From: Takakia lepidozioides
Lineage: Eukaryota > Plantae > Bryophyta
Length of the DNA stretch: 64,000 nucleotides
Direction of reading: 5' to 3'
Assembly: GCA_030704615.1 (NCBI GenBank)
Contig: CM060732.1
Coordinates: 7,998,001 to 8,062,000, forward strand
Shown here: piece after piece, positions 1-13,617 of the stretch
How the letters are laid out: the number at the start of each line of letters is the position of its first letter
How positions within the stretch are numbered: the first letter of the stretch is position 1
The notes under the pieces: generated by a model
Databases searched by the model: none
What the model was told of the DNA's origin: nothing
Seen by the model: only the letters and a program-made list of their open reading frames with translations
Position numbers and translations under genes: made by a program

Positions 1-3000
1 AAAGTTGTTCAATGTTATAGTGGACACAGAGCAGATAGGGAAGCTACTGCTTGAGAAAGGTGGGCTCGAGCGCCGGATAACGATTATCCCTCTCAACAAG
101 ATTCATGCCTTTGGCATTCCTTCAAGGACACAAACAGCAGCTGCCAAGCTAGTAAGCTATATCTCTCTGGGAGCTTTGTCGAAATAGCTTTCACAAAAAT
201 GTCACATTATGTCTTAATTCAGGCTAGATAGCCTTGTTGCTTTGTGGCTGAATTGCCTTGTGATTGTTTGGCTCTCAAATCATCTCTGCAGTCATATTTC
301 CGTGCTTCCCTTTTTCCTCGTTCAAATGTTGAATATGATAAAAAGAAATGTAGGATCTGAGGATGTTGTGGACAAGACCAGGCACCATTTATTGCAGTTT
401 TTGTTAATTGACTAAATTCAAACACCCTTGTGCTCTGTGAGTGTTTTTAATCTGTATAACAAAATAGCTGTTTGGCTCTTGTTCCTGCAGGTAGGGTTCG
501 ACAATGCAAGGACTGCACTCTCGCTTGTTGGCTATGCAGAAGAGCTTGAGGTTTGGAGTCCCTCTCATACATTGTAGTATGCAAGGTCATTTGTTCAGAA
601 ATTATATATTGGATGAAATCTCACCAAGTCAGTCAGTCCTAAGTGAAGGACAACATCAATGTGGTTGCAAATCTTTCCACTGGTCACGCTATTAAGATCT
701 TGTATCTTGACTTGTGTTCTTTCCAAACCCAGGCAGCAATGGCTTTTGTTTTTGGAGGCACTTTTGTTTGCAACAACATGGATACAGCCAAACAGGTGAC
801 TCTTCAAGGCACCTCAGTTTACTAAGTGGTGAATCCTCTTCTTTTGAGGTTCCTTGCTTCCTCTTTGAGCTTTCTGCGGACATAAAAAATTATCTTCTCA
901 TTTTATTTCTTCTTTGACATTTCATTTCTTGACAGGTTGGTATTGCTCATTACAGGCATTGGTTGCTTGTTTTTGGTGGGAAGGTGGCATTTCATAGAGA
1001 TGTAATGACCAGATCTGTAACCCTAGATGGGGACATCTTTGAACCCAGAGGTCTCCTTACAGGAGGCTGTCGCAGGTGAAAATCTACCTTCTATTCTAGC
1101 AAGCAAGAGCTCAGTGAATTTGATAATTTGTGATGTCAAGGGAAGTCTGTTGTGTAATTTAGCTCAAAATGAGGTTTTACTGAGGTTCCTGCCAAATATT
1201 CGCTCTCAGGATTTAGATAATACTATTTCTTTCAGAATTGTTTTCCTGCTTAGCAAAAGCACCTAGCATCCCCAAGGCTGCATCTTCAATCTCTTCGGCA
1301 CACAGGGGTGGTGGTGAACTTCTCAAGCGCCTTGACACTTTGGCTGAAGCTGAAGCCAACCTTGCTGTGCATCAGAGGAAGCTTGCAGAAGTCGAGGCTG
1401 AGGTAGATTCTCAACAGATTCATGTATGCTATTACATAAACACTTTACTGCAAATGTGAAGAGCCTCAAAGAAGATGGATTTCATAGGTTTGGGTTTTTA
1501 TAGGTTTGGTGGGCCACATGGACCAACTTTCATGAGGTGTATACTAATAATACACATCCCCTATGAGGGGTTGATGGAGTCAGTGGCAAGTTACAGCAGT
1601 TCAATGATGATGTTGGTGGTCTGATACTACTCACATGGATATATGTACATCAGTGGAAGGGATCTGTCCTTTCTACCTTGATACATTCTTTGTAGTGGCT
1701 TTTGACGAAGTCCATCTTAAGCAATTGCTTGCTCTTGGTCCAGTGAACTGCTAAAGTTGCTGCTGGTATGGCAGGTTGCTCTTTTGGCTCCTTCAGAGAA
1801 AAAATTCTCTCACCTCAAATCACAACTGGAGCTACAGACATATGATCTTACACTCTTCGAAAACCGTGCTCAGCAAAGTGAGCACCACAAGGTTAGCACC
1901 CCCCTGTTCTGGTCTATCCATCTCCTGCTTGTGAGTGAGCACAGCTGTCAATTATAGCTTCCTGTGTCCATGGAAGCAGTCTGAAGGAGCATCGTGTAGG
2001 AAAACACCTAAGTTAGTATACATTGTGCTAGGTATTGACTCTCGTATGGGCTCAAATCCAGCTACCTTGTCCTCGGTGGTTTGGTTTCATGATCAGTTGG
2101 TCTGGGGATGACAAGACCAACTTATCTAGGAATATATTGACTCGTCATTTAGTGATCTCTGCCGCAAAAAGGTCATTGTTCGGTTCATGACAGAATCATG
2201 AATGTGATTGGCCATTTTACTTGGATTGCAGCTGGCTGAAGTGGTGACAACCATGACCACAGAGCTTGAATCTGAAAGAATGGAGCTACTGACAAAGGAG
2301 CAGCAGCATGAAGAATATGTGAATGCAGTGGCAGCCTTGGAGTTGTCAATTAACGAGCATGGTCGGGATCGAAAAAATCGTCTTCAAGGTCTGGAGGGGA
2401 AAATTAAGTCTGTAAAGAAAGAGCTGAGCTTTGCCTCAAAGGAGCTGAAGGTAATTAAATTCAGGGCAATCATGAGTAGCTTTCGATCTCAACTAATGTA
2501 TAATGTCCAAGAGCCATATCTTGACTCAGCAATCCACAACAGGGTGCTCTATTTCACTTTTGTTGCACACATCTATAATATCCTTTCATCACAGAAATGG
2601 GATCTCTCGTAGCTGGATATAGAAGATTTGTATGAGAAAGTATAGTTGAACGAGTAGATCTGTCTATTTACAAAGGATGAGCCCAATCGCAGCTTATTTT
2701 ACAAATTTGGGTGGATCTGTATGAGGTTTGCAAGCACGACTGATACAATGCCAGAGTTATCATGTATTCATTATAAAAAAGGAACCAGCTTCTTCTACAA
2801 CTACATCCCCTTCTATTGCAGTTAGTTGTTCAAGTTGTGATGCTTTGTTGAATGTGTGCAGGTTAGAGAAACAGAAAGAGAGAGACTTGTTCTGGAAAAG
2901 GAAGCAGCCATGGAAGAGATGCACCTGCTTGGGACTGAACTCTCTGCAGTCCAGACTCAGATCAAGAAGCTGGAAGAAGCTGTTGGCAAGACAGAAGCAA

Positions 3001-6000
3001 AGGTAGTTGCTAATATTTGGTGGTGCCCAAATTCCACCAAACTAAACAAAACTTGGCCGAAATTTTACCAAACCATATAAGTTCCCTCATTCACAGATTC
3101 TTCTTCCTCAAGGAGCCTTAAGAATCAAGGTTTCAAAGTCGCTAACTGAGCGCCGATTTTTAACTTGAGTCAGTAGTCAGTGAATGATGCATTCTTCAGC
3201 GCAGTGAATAAATAAGGGAGACTAAGAAATGTGTGGATAAAACTGAAGAATTAGGGCCAAAGGAAAGTAAGAAATCTGTTACTTCCGCAGGAAGCAGAAA
3301 GAGAGACCTTGAGAGTACTTATTGACTGTGCTAAGGTTGACAATGATGAAACCTTTTGAAGTCCCTGCACAATAGTGATCCTCTTGTAGCAGTCTGGGTT
3401 TTCACTCACCAGGGTGCGTGGTAACAGCCACAGAAATGGGTGTTGGTGGCGGTGTTGTTTGTGTCAATTCCCATATATGCCATACACTTCCAGGTGTTAT
3501 AGATGTTGTACGTGCTCTATGTTGTTGTTTTTCAGAGGGATTTAATTCGAAATGAACACCTGAAGGTCAGTGCGGAGCTCAACGCAAATCGTGCTAGGAT
3601 GAAAGAATGCGATGCACAAATAAGTGCAATGGTTACAGCACAGAGCGAGCTAAAGCAGAAACTTGCTGACTGCATCCTGCAATCAAAGAGACTTGACAAT
3701 GAGGTCGATATACACCAAATTCAAAGTGCTTCTTTTCCATCTTCCCATTCCCCCCTTCTCTTGAGCTTTGCGTGGACGTCATAAAGTTTCTCTCTATTCA
3801 CTCAAAGTTGGATAGTAGTTTTATGGTTTGGGGTGGAGGCTGGTTGTTGGGGCTAACTGTTCATTCATTGTGTCTTGTCTTCTCTTCATCCCCTAAGCTC
3901 TGTGAGCTCCCATGGACTCTGTACAGTTCTCTTTCTTTCTCTAAGCTCCCCATGGATGTTATAAAGCTCTCTTTCTTGTTTTCTTGCTTGGCAGCTTACC
4001 TGCATGAAGCGTTGACTCTTAGACAATCCCTTGAGCAGTTGGTGCTTTTGGGCTGCTTGTAGCCCCTCTCTCTTTCCTGTTTCTTACTTCCTCGTCCATG
4101 GACCTTATAAAGTACCATATCATTTCATTTCTCCTTCTGTGGACGTTATAGAATTTTTTCTTTTATCTTGCTTTCTCTTGTCCCACAAGCACTTTCAGCT
4201 TTCTGCTGACAAGTACCAGTCCATTTCATTTCATTTCTAAGTTTCTTCTTTCAATGAGTATGCTTGGGTGTGTCTTTGACTTCGTTGATCAGTGGTGATT
4301 GTGGAACTGACCTGGGTCGGTGATAACGGCACAGGTGAAGCGAGTGGAGAAAGAACAAAAGGATTGTGCACAGAAAGTGGACAAGTTGCTGGAGCAGCAT
4401 CAGTGGATTGCTACAGAGAAGCAGTTGTTTGGCAAACCTGGCACTGATTACGACTTCGTCACACGCAACCCTCATGTTGCACAACAGGAGTTCGAGAATT
4501 TGCAAGCTGAACAAAAGACGTATGTCCTCTCTTCATGGCCACATTTTGGATGTCCACTCCCAATTGCTCATGGCCTCTGTTGACCTTATGTAATTTCTTT
4601 TCTTGGTTTCATTCTTTCTGTGCATCCCCCTGTCTCTGTCCTTCAGCAATGGCCTGTATTATGCTCTCCTCTTGTCCACCATCCCTGGGTTTCCCTCAAA
4701 CTGGGCATGGGGTCTTCCCACACTTGTAAGCAGAAAGTAAGTAGAACTAACTGCCCCCTCTTACCTTAGCTTTGATTGAAATGGTTGTTATCTACAGTTG
4801 ACATCCTGGATATGTGATATTCTGCAGGAATGAGAAACGGGTTAACAAGAAGGCAGATGCTATGTTTGATAAGGCAGAGGAAGACTTCAAGGAACTCCAG
4901 AAAAAGAAGAAAATTGTCGAGGTCTGCTGTCCTCTCTTTTGCACTTACGCAAGTCACTGAGTCCAGTTCTTTGATGACAGAGAAAGATTCCAGTTCTACA
5001 CTTATGGGCTGCAGCTTCCCTCAGAATTGTTGGTCTGCCAAATATCCTAGTCTCTTGACATAGATAGTTGCAAAGGGGCAGTGTTGTGGCATTTTGCCTG
5101 GCCGTGTTGTGACTCTTAAAGACTGTATTTCAACTGCCAGATCTGAAAGTTTAGGATTTTGTTTGAATTCATTACCTAGGACAACAGTCAATTACAGATT
5201 GTGAATTGCAGTCAAGTCACAGGTTTACGTTGCACGATCCCTTGCTGCAGAATGATAAAGAAAAGATACAGAAGGTGATTCAGGAGCTGGATGAGAAAAA
5301 GAAGGAGCAATTGAATATCACCTGGCAGAAAGTCAACAAGTAAGGAAGTCCTTTACACTGGCATACATGCAGAGAGACCAGGATTCAGAGATATGGTCAG
5401 AGGATGATGAGCAGAAATTTTGTACAAAAGAATCTGAACAAGCCATGTAGTCGGGATAAGTGCACTCAAGTTAATGTATTTTTGTGGGCTGCAGGGACTT
5501 TGGGTCAATATTTTCAATGCTATTGCCAGGTACAATGGCCAAATTGGAGCCCCCTGAAGGTGGTGGTTTCATGGATGGGCTGGAGGTCCGTGTTGCATTT
5601 GGAGGGGTTTGGAAGCAATCACTCTCAGAGCTCAGCGGGGGCCAGCGATCCTTGCTAGCCCTCTCTCTCATCCTTGCCCTTCTTTTATTCAAACCAGCAC
5701 CTCTCTACATTCTTGATGAGGTGATTTTAGAGCCTTTTGTTCCTGTTCCATAACATATATTACAATGAAAAAGAATTGTCTAGGTTTCAGAAGTCCTCAA
5801 ACCCAGTGACTGGCATTTACCCACAACGCCATCATCTTCACGAGTGATAAGTTGGCTGACAGAGACAATGATGACAGGCAAGTTGAACCAATAGGAGGAA
5901 AAAAACGGTTGCAGTGATATATTTGGCTTGTTGTCTGGTAGGTTGATGCAGCACTTGATCTCAGCCACACGCAGAACATTGGTCGTATGATCAAAGCTCA

Positions 6001-6722
6001 CTTTCCCCAATCTCAGGTATGTGCATGTATCATACACAACCCCATGACCTTCCTTGTTATAGAAAAATGGATCCATGCCCTTTCTAGCTATTAGTGGGAA
6101 AGGTGAATGTGTAATCTGCCCTTTCTAAAAGGTGGTTGTGTTGTGAATGACAGTTTATTGTGGTGTCCTTGAAAGAGGGCATGTTCAACAATGCGAATGT
6201 CATCTTCCGGACAAAATTTGTTGACGGTGTCTCCACTGTCACACGAACTGTGCCAGCAGGAAGGCAGGCCGCAGGAAAGAAGCAAAAGCCCACCACCGAA
6301 CAATCCTCACAGGGTAAACCTTGCAACAAATCAAGTACATCATTATTCTGTTTTTTTCTCTGTCAAAGCCAATTGTACTTGCCAGTTTTTCAGATTTCTT
6401 TATCCAGTAAGGTGTCTGAGCTTCCCATGGACTCATAAATTGTCCTTCTACAGCCATATGGGCATGTAAGTGGTTGTTGTGCCTCAGCATTTTAGTTGGC
6501 CCATAGTTGTACAGCCTCAATCCTGCTGCCTTCTATTGACAATTATGTTGTCCAAAAAAAGGTCAATTTTGTGGTCATAGACATGCATCAGTAGGAAGCT
6601 TCTTTCTCATGGGCTCCTTGTTGCTCGGATGCAGACTGAGCCTTCAAAACTCTGCAACACCTCTTTGGCTAAAAACATACCTGACTCTGTTTTGCTGTAT
6701 ACTTTCAGGTGACCTTTTCTAG
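1..6722 (+). CDS. SMC2: Condensin subunit SMC2, 3' part of a multi-exon gene (5' end lies outside the window)
   Basis: GT-AG exons read in phase: 1-151, 491-550, 733-795, 984-1075, 1306-1402, 1775-1891, 2232-2450, 2862-3002, 3536-3703, 4335-4519, 4828-4921, 5251-5339, 5495-5720, 5942-6016, 6154-6313, and a probable last exon 6709-6722 (GDLF*). Motifs: hinge ([10 protein letters not shown]; [18 protein letters not shown]), coiled coil, ABC signature [15 protein letters not shown], Walker B/D-loop [21 protein letters not shown], and [15 protein letters not shown], all characteristic of SMC2. Confidence 0.95.
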
Positions 6723-8846
6723 ATTTCTGTTTGAGCACTTGCATGCCAGTGAAGGAGACAACAGACGTTTTTCATCATTGGAGGATCTGGTAAGCAATAT
6801 ATGGCCCTTTTCCTCTGAGGCTCCACTTTGTATCCCAATGACATAACTCGAACCATTTACAGAAGTGAGAAAGAGATGGAGATGGCCAACTTTAAGCCTT
6901 AGACTCAAGTTTAAGAAAATGCCAGGAAAAGAAGTCTTAGACGAGCTGACTCATCCTAAGACTTTCAGATATGAATGGTTTTTTATCAAACAGAAGAAGG
7001 AATTATGGCATCTTATTGTGGCATGTCTTCGTCAGATCCCTTAATGGAGGAGATTATCAAGTGGCAGGCTTGCCCTTCTTAGGCGGCCCTCATGGCTGAG
7101 CCCTTTAGGCTATCGAGTGACATTGGAGCAACCAAGATATGGAGGAAAATAAAGAAAGCTATTTTGGTCATAATGGTGATGGAGGCCGTAAATGATCCTT
7201 ATAGTTTCCTCTGCTTGTATCATTTGTAGATATAGAAACAAATTGTCTACATACACCTTTAAGTCAGTTTGTGCCATACACTTGTAGAGTATATCAATCC
7301 TCATCTGTCTACTGTTGAATATGCGCGTGTGTAACAAGGAAAATAAGAAAAATGATCCACAAGTGGACTGGCAAGAGAAAAGTAGTTAGCATGTAGTCTG
7401 GCAACACGAGTTACATGATACATAAAGCACGGTGAAAATTCTTTGTATTTTTGAGGACGCTTATTCCCGTGAATGACACCCGCCAGGCGCCCTGTACAGC
7501 GTGGCGGGTGCTTACACAAATGTAACGCGCCCTAGGGTGACCTAACCGCCCAGGGTGAGGGCGGTTACAAAAGGACACGTCGAATTTTCTCCCGGTGCTT
7601 CACGGTAAGGCCCCTGCCCGCTGGCATTCCACGATTTTCGGGCTGCCAGCCTCTGGCTAACGCCCTTGGCAGCCAACCCTTAAACCCGCATGTCCAAAAC
7701 TGGACGTTTTCTGGGATCAAACAGGTCTCCCAGTTGTAGATTTTGGCCGATTTTGATTTTTTTCTTGGGTGCTGAAATGGTCCATGAAAAGAGACATTGC
7801 CCAGATCAGAATGGACCAGGATGGATGGCGGTCGAGATCAAGGGCTTGTAGTGGCAGGGGGTCTGGCTGTGGTCTGCTCCCGCCTCTTTGTCTTCCTGTG
7901 CATAGCTCACAAAAGAGTATCTCATACCCCCTGCACTTTGACCAAGTCCTTGCTCCTACAATGGGCTCCAATTCTCGAGATTTTGTGCTTGTTGGAGCAA
8001 GGGAGACGCAGGGAACACCTTTTGGGGTCGAGCCAATGCCATCCTGACACGCAAAATCTTACAAATCCCCCATTTTTATCTTTTTTTTTCCAAAAATGGC
8101 TCCACTCGCACCAGTAGCGTTTTCATAGCATTTGTCTGATTGGCTCGAAATTTGGGCAGGACCTGCGAGGGGTAGGTGGCAACATATTGCCCGGTCGCTT
8201 TTTGCAGATTCATTTTTTTCTAGAAATTACGCTCATGTTTTTGGCCGGGGGTCAATTTTTGGGGAAAAGTCAACAGAGGCCTGCGGGCGTTTAGGGGTGG
8301 AATGCCCTTGGACAGGGGCCTTATTAGAGCCTGTTTCCATGTAGACCCCACCCGGTCTAATGACATCATTGACCAAGGGCCCAACCGGTGACTTTGCGAC
8401 CGGTCCGACCATATAGCCACCCCATCTCCCAAGAAGCAGGTTGTCTTACCAGTCTCCTTCCACGTGTGTGAAGTCTTGCCGGCAGTGATTTTTTTTCTTA
8501 AATTTGAAAAATAGCACGAGTGGCTACAAGAAATATCTATATATTTTGTTCATCCATTGAAAATTTGGATAAAATCATCCTCCTACGTACTTTCATCCAT
8601 TTATATCATCCACATTTGGCGAATTCATCCATTGTTTTTATTTTCCTTGTAGAAGTTTGGCGATTCATCCATGAAAAAATTGGGAATTTACGACAGAATA
8701 TTCTATTTTAATGTTTTGAAGTCGCCATTTGGCGATTTTTCGCCAAGAAAAAAAACACTGCTTGCCGGTCTCCTTCCAAGTGTGCTTCACACACAAGAGA
8801 AAGACCTGCTCGGCATTTTGCACATAGAAGTGTCTGAGGACGTTCA

Positions 8847-8866
8847 TAGGGTTTAGGGTTTAGGGT
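8847..8866 (+). repeat. Short interstitial plant telomere-type repeat (TTTAGGG)n
   Basis: tagggtttagggtttagggt, followed by aaaccc. Confidence 0.5.
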
Positions 8867-10195
8867 AAACCCAGCACAAAGACATCATCTTTTGGTCGGG
8901 TTTGACCACATGGAAGGACGCTCTTACCCTATACATAATTGTAGACACTGAGCCTCCTGGTGGGAGCCAGTTTAGGAGAGAAGGAATGCCACCCACAAAA
9001 TCCATTACTCCCTGTACCCCACAGATAAAGTGAAGAGCCCAGTATGGGTGTTTGAGAGACACACCTAATAAGTGAGCAATAACTTTCATCTGTGAGCATC
9101 TTTCCTATTGTTTCTCAATTGGCACTTTACTGCTCGGAAGGCCCCGTACAGAAGTGGACAATGTACCAGCTTCCCATGTACCAGCTTCCCGGTGAAGCTT
9201 TGACCTCAATGTGTACATGTTTTGTCTAGGAACAGGAACCGTCCATAGCAGATAACCGATGGGTTCCTCAAAGCCTGGAATGGATGTAAACCGGAGCAGC
9301 CTGTTATAAAGTGCAACTTTAGAGCAAAGCAAAGAGTGCCAGTACAACTGGTGTTGGGGCATGTGCATGCAGTGCAGATATCCCTTCTCTTCTTTACTTT
9401 CAAGTAGACTAAAATAGAGCATTTGAGGTGTACAAAATTTACCTTGGGGGTAGTCTAGGTTCTGTCAACTGCTCAGGGTTAGGGTAAAAGAACAGCCTAA
9501 GCCTTGATAATAAATCGATGGAAACACAACATGAGAGCACATTTGCAAGTTTCCCAATCTCTCTACCAGGCCTGACTTTTCACAAAGTAGGAGAGAGCAT
9601 CTCCATGAAGCTCAAACCTGATCTTCACACCCTCCACCCACCTCATCCCAGCCCCACCCCAACTTGCAGTTAGATAGTGTGGTTTCTTGGCGTCCCACTT
9701 GCCATTAGTTAGTGCCATAACATTTAAATTACATGAATTTGGACCCCCCTTGGAAAGAATTATCTCGCTTATCTGTACGACATTTTGAGATTAACCTGAA
9801 ACACAGTCAAATCTCTCAGAATCAAAGATAAACAGTTCAAACCAACTTGGAAGTGCAAGAAGCACCCTGAGTGAACAATAAACCAAGATGATCAATGTCA
9901 CAGCATGGTATCCAGCACCATTATACAAATGAGGCCGCTCACCTCCCAACATCTCCTACTCCCATCGTCATTTTATGTGCAGTGGTCAAGGGAGAAGCAA
10001 TGTATGTACAACGATGGAAGGGAGGGAGGGAGAGAAAGACATGTGAGGGCAAGTGGGCATGTGATACAGCCAATGTGACCGCATGGAAGTGGGCTTCCCC
10101 TGCTTGCACACAAAAGTTTCATCTATGTTGAAGAATGTGTGTGCAACTAAATGACTCTGGGGCACACTCAAAGCATGCTGACTCCAAAGCAATAT

Positions 10196-13100
10196 TTACA
10201 CCGGGGAAGCTGGCCCGCTTGCCTCCTCTGTGACATCGTGTTTGCAGACAGGACAAAGCTTGGAGTACTTGAGTAGCCACTCCGCTCCACAAGCCTGGTG
10301 AAACTTGTGTTGGCATGGGAGCATGATGAGTGCCTCACCATCCTCATATTCGCCCTGACATATGGCGCACACCCTACATGGCAAGCAAACATGTCCACTG
10401 TGAATAATTGAATCTCCCCTTTAGTCTGGAGACAGCCCAGGATTGGCCAAATAATGGTTGCCTGTCTATCCTCCCTCCCCCCAGCTCCTGAAGAGGTACT
10501 CAAAACATAGCACAACAGCTCCGGCAAAACGAACACTGACTAGATTATGCCATTGTCCAAATCTCAATGCTTTGCATTAGGAAAGACAACAACCATGTAA
10601 GCCACATGGAAAGCATGCATATGACTCAAGCCTCCACTCCATCAGAGGGATTGGACTGGGGGAAACAGCAACTTGAACTGCCGGTACAGGAAAGAGAATC
10701 TACAGGCAAAGAATCAACGAAATGACTACGCAGAGCTTTAGCAGAGAAACAGGAGACAACATACTCTGAGGCCTGGTCGGCACTTGCCGGCTGCTCCTTG
10801 CTGAAGTGGCAGACAGTCAATGAAGTGACGAGTGCCGTGGATGCAACACAGCGGACATTCTCCAACTGCACTAGACTCTGCCATGTCCACCATCAACTGT
10901 AAGCATTCCAACCACCTCCACAAACTGAGTGGACAAGACACATCAGAGTATGGAGAGAGAGAGGCAAGGACAGTGATCAGGCACTTTGCAGAAAGCAGAG
11001 GGGGTTTTGGAACCGATACAAGGGGAGGAGCAACTGAGTTTGTTCGGCCGTACCTCATAGGTCATGTCAGTAATGGCAGGTGCTTGAGATCTTGCATTCT
11101 GGGCGATTGTCGCCGAGTCTGTGAGGGACAGGGAGAGTGCTATTCCATCCATATTCCCAACCAATTCACGGGTGATCAGACAGCAGACACCTCAAAAAAG
11201 CTACCAATGGAGGATGTGATGCACACAAACAAGTCAGCACATATTTGCGTTCAAAATAGGACCTTCTTCCAGATCAGAAATGATCTTGAAACTCCCTTTG
11301 CATGGTTTGTAAAGAAGGCTACAATGTATATCCCATTTGTGTTCTTCCAGAGTCTTAAGTTTGGTTAAGAGCAAAAGCTTCAAAAGACAGCCTACCTTAA
11401 ATAAGGTTGACAGGCTTAAAACATTTGGCAATATTAACAATGGGCACAAGACCTCTTCTTTCCCCATTTCCAGGGAGAGCCAAATGAGATTACCAAGAGC
11501 CACATCAAGCTCCACCTCATCATGCTGCGCCGTCAGCGGAGGCCTGAGATCGGCGTCCACTGTGCCGTTAAGGTACTCCTCCAAATCGTCTCTGGCTAGG
11601 TTGCGCCGGGAAGATCGCCGAGCGCGGCGTCGGTTGTTTGCTGGGTTTGGAGCAACCACGCTAACATCTGCATCATCATTGTCATCTAAGTACTGCCCCC
11701 ACCGCTGCTGCTCTATTCTCCGTTGCTCTGCTGCTGCTCGCCTCTGCCGACCTGGCATCAGCAAGCACACAGTTGACTTGTAGTCCCAATTTGAAGAGAA
11801 TGTACTCAAAAGACCTTTGCCGTAGCCTTGTGACTAGACCCCAGTTTGAAGAGAATGTACTCATAAGACGTTGTTTGCCGTAGCCTTGTGGCCATTGACC
11901 CCGCGCCCCGTTTGAGCGGAACATAAAGGGACAGAACCTACCTTTGTCAGGGGCTGACGCAGGTAGTAAGACTTACCTTGGAATAAACAATTGATCCGGG
12001 TTTTCCAGATATCCTCTAGAAATCCCTTTACCCAAGCGTCAACCTGGTGTGTGTGGTTTGCCCAATAACTAGGCCCCAAAAGGGCCTGGGCTTTTGGCTC
12101 AGCCTCGAGACTTTCAAAGTTGGTGAACAGAGGTACAGGCACAATTCCCTTGATAGATTTGAAGAGAGCGACTCTCTGGTGAGAGAACCCCGGACAATGA
12201 ATCAGAAAATGAATATTGTCTTCAGGTTGCCTGCACAACAGGCAATTGCACTCTCCCTTTCCTCTCTGCTTCTGTTTGCTGCAAAGGTAGGCTTCCCGCT
12301 TAAATTTCAGTCTAGTGCCGAGAGTGGGTAGACCCTTGAGGTCATCCATGATGGCCTCCCCCATGTCACAGACTGGAAACAAGTTCAGGGAAGTTTTCTG
12401 CCTAACTTCATTTTCATCAGACAATTTCCTGGCAAGAGAGATTGTACTCATAAGACATTGTTTGCCGTAGCCTTGTGGCCATTGACCCCGTGCCCAGTTG
12501 GAACGGATCCTGGCAAGAGAGAGAGAGAGAGAGAGAAAGTAATCATGAGACATTTACCGTAGACTTGTGGCCGTAGACCCCACTCCCAGTTTGGGCGGAA
12601 CTAAAGTGAGAGAGAGAGAAAGCTGTGAGGGTTGATTGTTATCTACTTTCATATCACACCACTAGATGTACAACATAGGTGCATTTTCTACCTAACTTTC
12701 ACATTATGCACCCAACCACTCTCTCTACAGACATCTGCCACCCTCTAGGTGCCACATTTTCATAGTACCAAAATGACATTTGACCAAATACATGAGCTTG
12801 AAATAACCTGAATATAACCTGGCTTAGCCTTCACCCCCACACTGCAGAATCTGCTTCTGTACTAGAGAGCATTCGTCACCACTTGCTCACTCTCTGACAA
12901 CCATTGTGTTCAAGATACGCACCTCATGTACCTCTCAAAGGGGATAAATCTCATGGACTATTCTGGAGAGTGTTAAGCTTTCATAAATTTGTAATCAACT
13001 AAACCCCTGAAGAAGTCAATTGAAGATTCCATCCATCAAGGTCTGGACCTCAGTCAAATTTTTCATGGTGCTATTTCAATTCCAGTTGCACTTCCTCAAG

Positions 13101-13617
13101 GGTATGCTCTCAGATCGCTCTTTTCCAGTCGATATTAGAAATAAATGTAGATACCTTGCAAATAGATATTTGAATCTAACAGTTGCTAGTAGCACAGGGC
13201 AGTAGAGTGAGGGACAAAGGAGGATGAACCTTGCGTTCTACTTGAAGGAGTTCATATTAACTTCAACGATTTTATCATTTACCTTTTCCAGCCGCCCTCT
13301 CACTCCTCCTTGAATCCTTGGGGGCCTCGACGTAACCTGTGCAAGTACAGTGGACTAAATAAGCCATGCACACACTGGAGAGAGACAGTAGTCCGTACAT
13401 AGGGGTGCACTGTATTCGGCAATGCATTACAACAGAAGTACTTTTCAAATTTAAAAATACATATACCAGGCATGCATCAGAGTGGCAGTAGCAAAAGTTT
13501 CCAAGGCTCACATCAAGACTAAGATGGAAAAGAGCGGGAAAGGTCCGCATGCTAACCTGCTCTACCGGGAACCCCGCGATTAGCAGGAACAGGTGCCGTG
13601 GTGGTTGTAAAGCTCAT
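10196..13617 (-). CDS. RING-H2 E3 ubiquitin ligase with a UIM-like motif (Big Brother/RNF-like), 6 coding exons
   Basis: Phase-compatible exons 13617-13557 (MSFTTTTAPVPANRG...), 13336-13283, 11751-11494, 11139-11054, 10877-10765, 10373-10196. Splicing yields EVELDVALALSLS (UIM-like), DMTYESLVQLE and CAICQGEYEDGEALIMLPCQHKFHQACGAEWLLKYSKLCPVC (RING-H2). Confidence 0.85.
11780..12600 (-). mobile_element. 5'-truncated non-LTR retrotransposon (LINE) 3' ends, stacked in intron 2 of the RING gene
   Basis: ORF 11861-12553 contains the LINE ORF2 C-terminal knuckle CLLCRQPEDNIHFLIHC. The 3'-end motif ggggtcaatggccacaaggctacggcaaa recurs about 4 times (near 11818, 11875, 12462, 12555), next to (GA)n tracts. 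Confidence 0.65.

Noticed and set aside
7521-7569. TGTAAC...GTTACA 49-bp inverted repeat resembling fused LTR termini
   Set aside because: Too short, no clean TSD, and no associated element.
11756-11758. ATG at 11758 as the RING gene start (ORF 11234-11809)
   Set aside because: It sits just upstream of a good acceptor (ccag|GT at 11751), and two phase-matched upstream exons with an ATG at 13617 exist.
12393-12421. CTGATGA...GAAA on the minus strand, resembling a hammerhead ribozyme core
   Set aside because: No helix II pairing or flanking helices could be formed.
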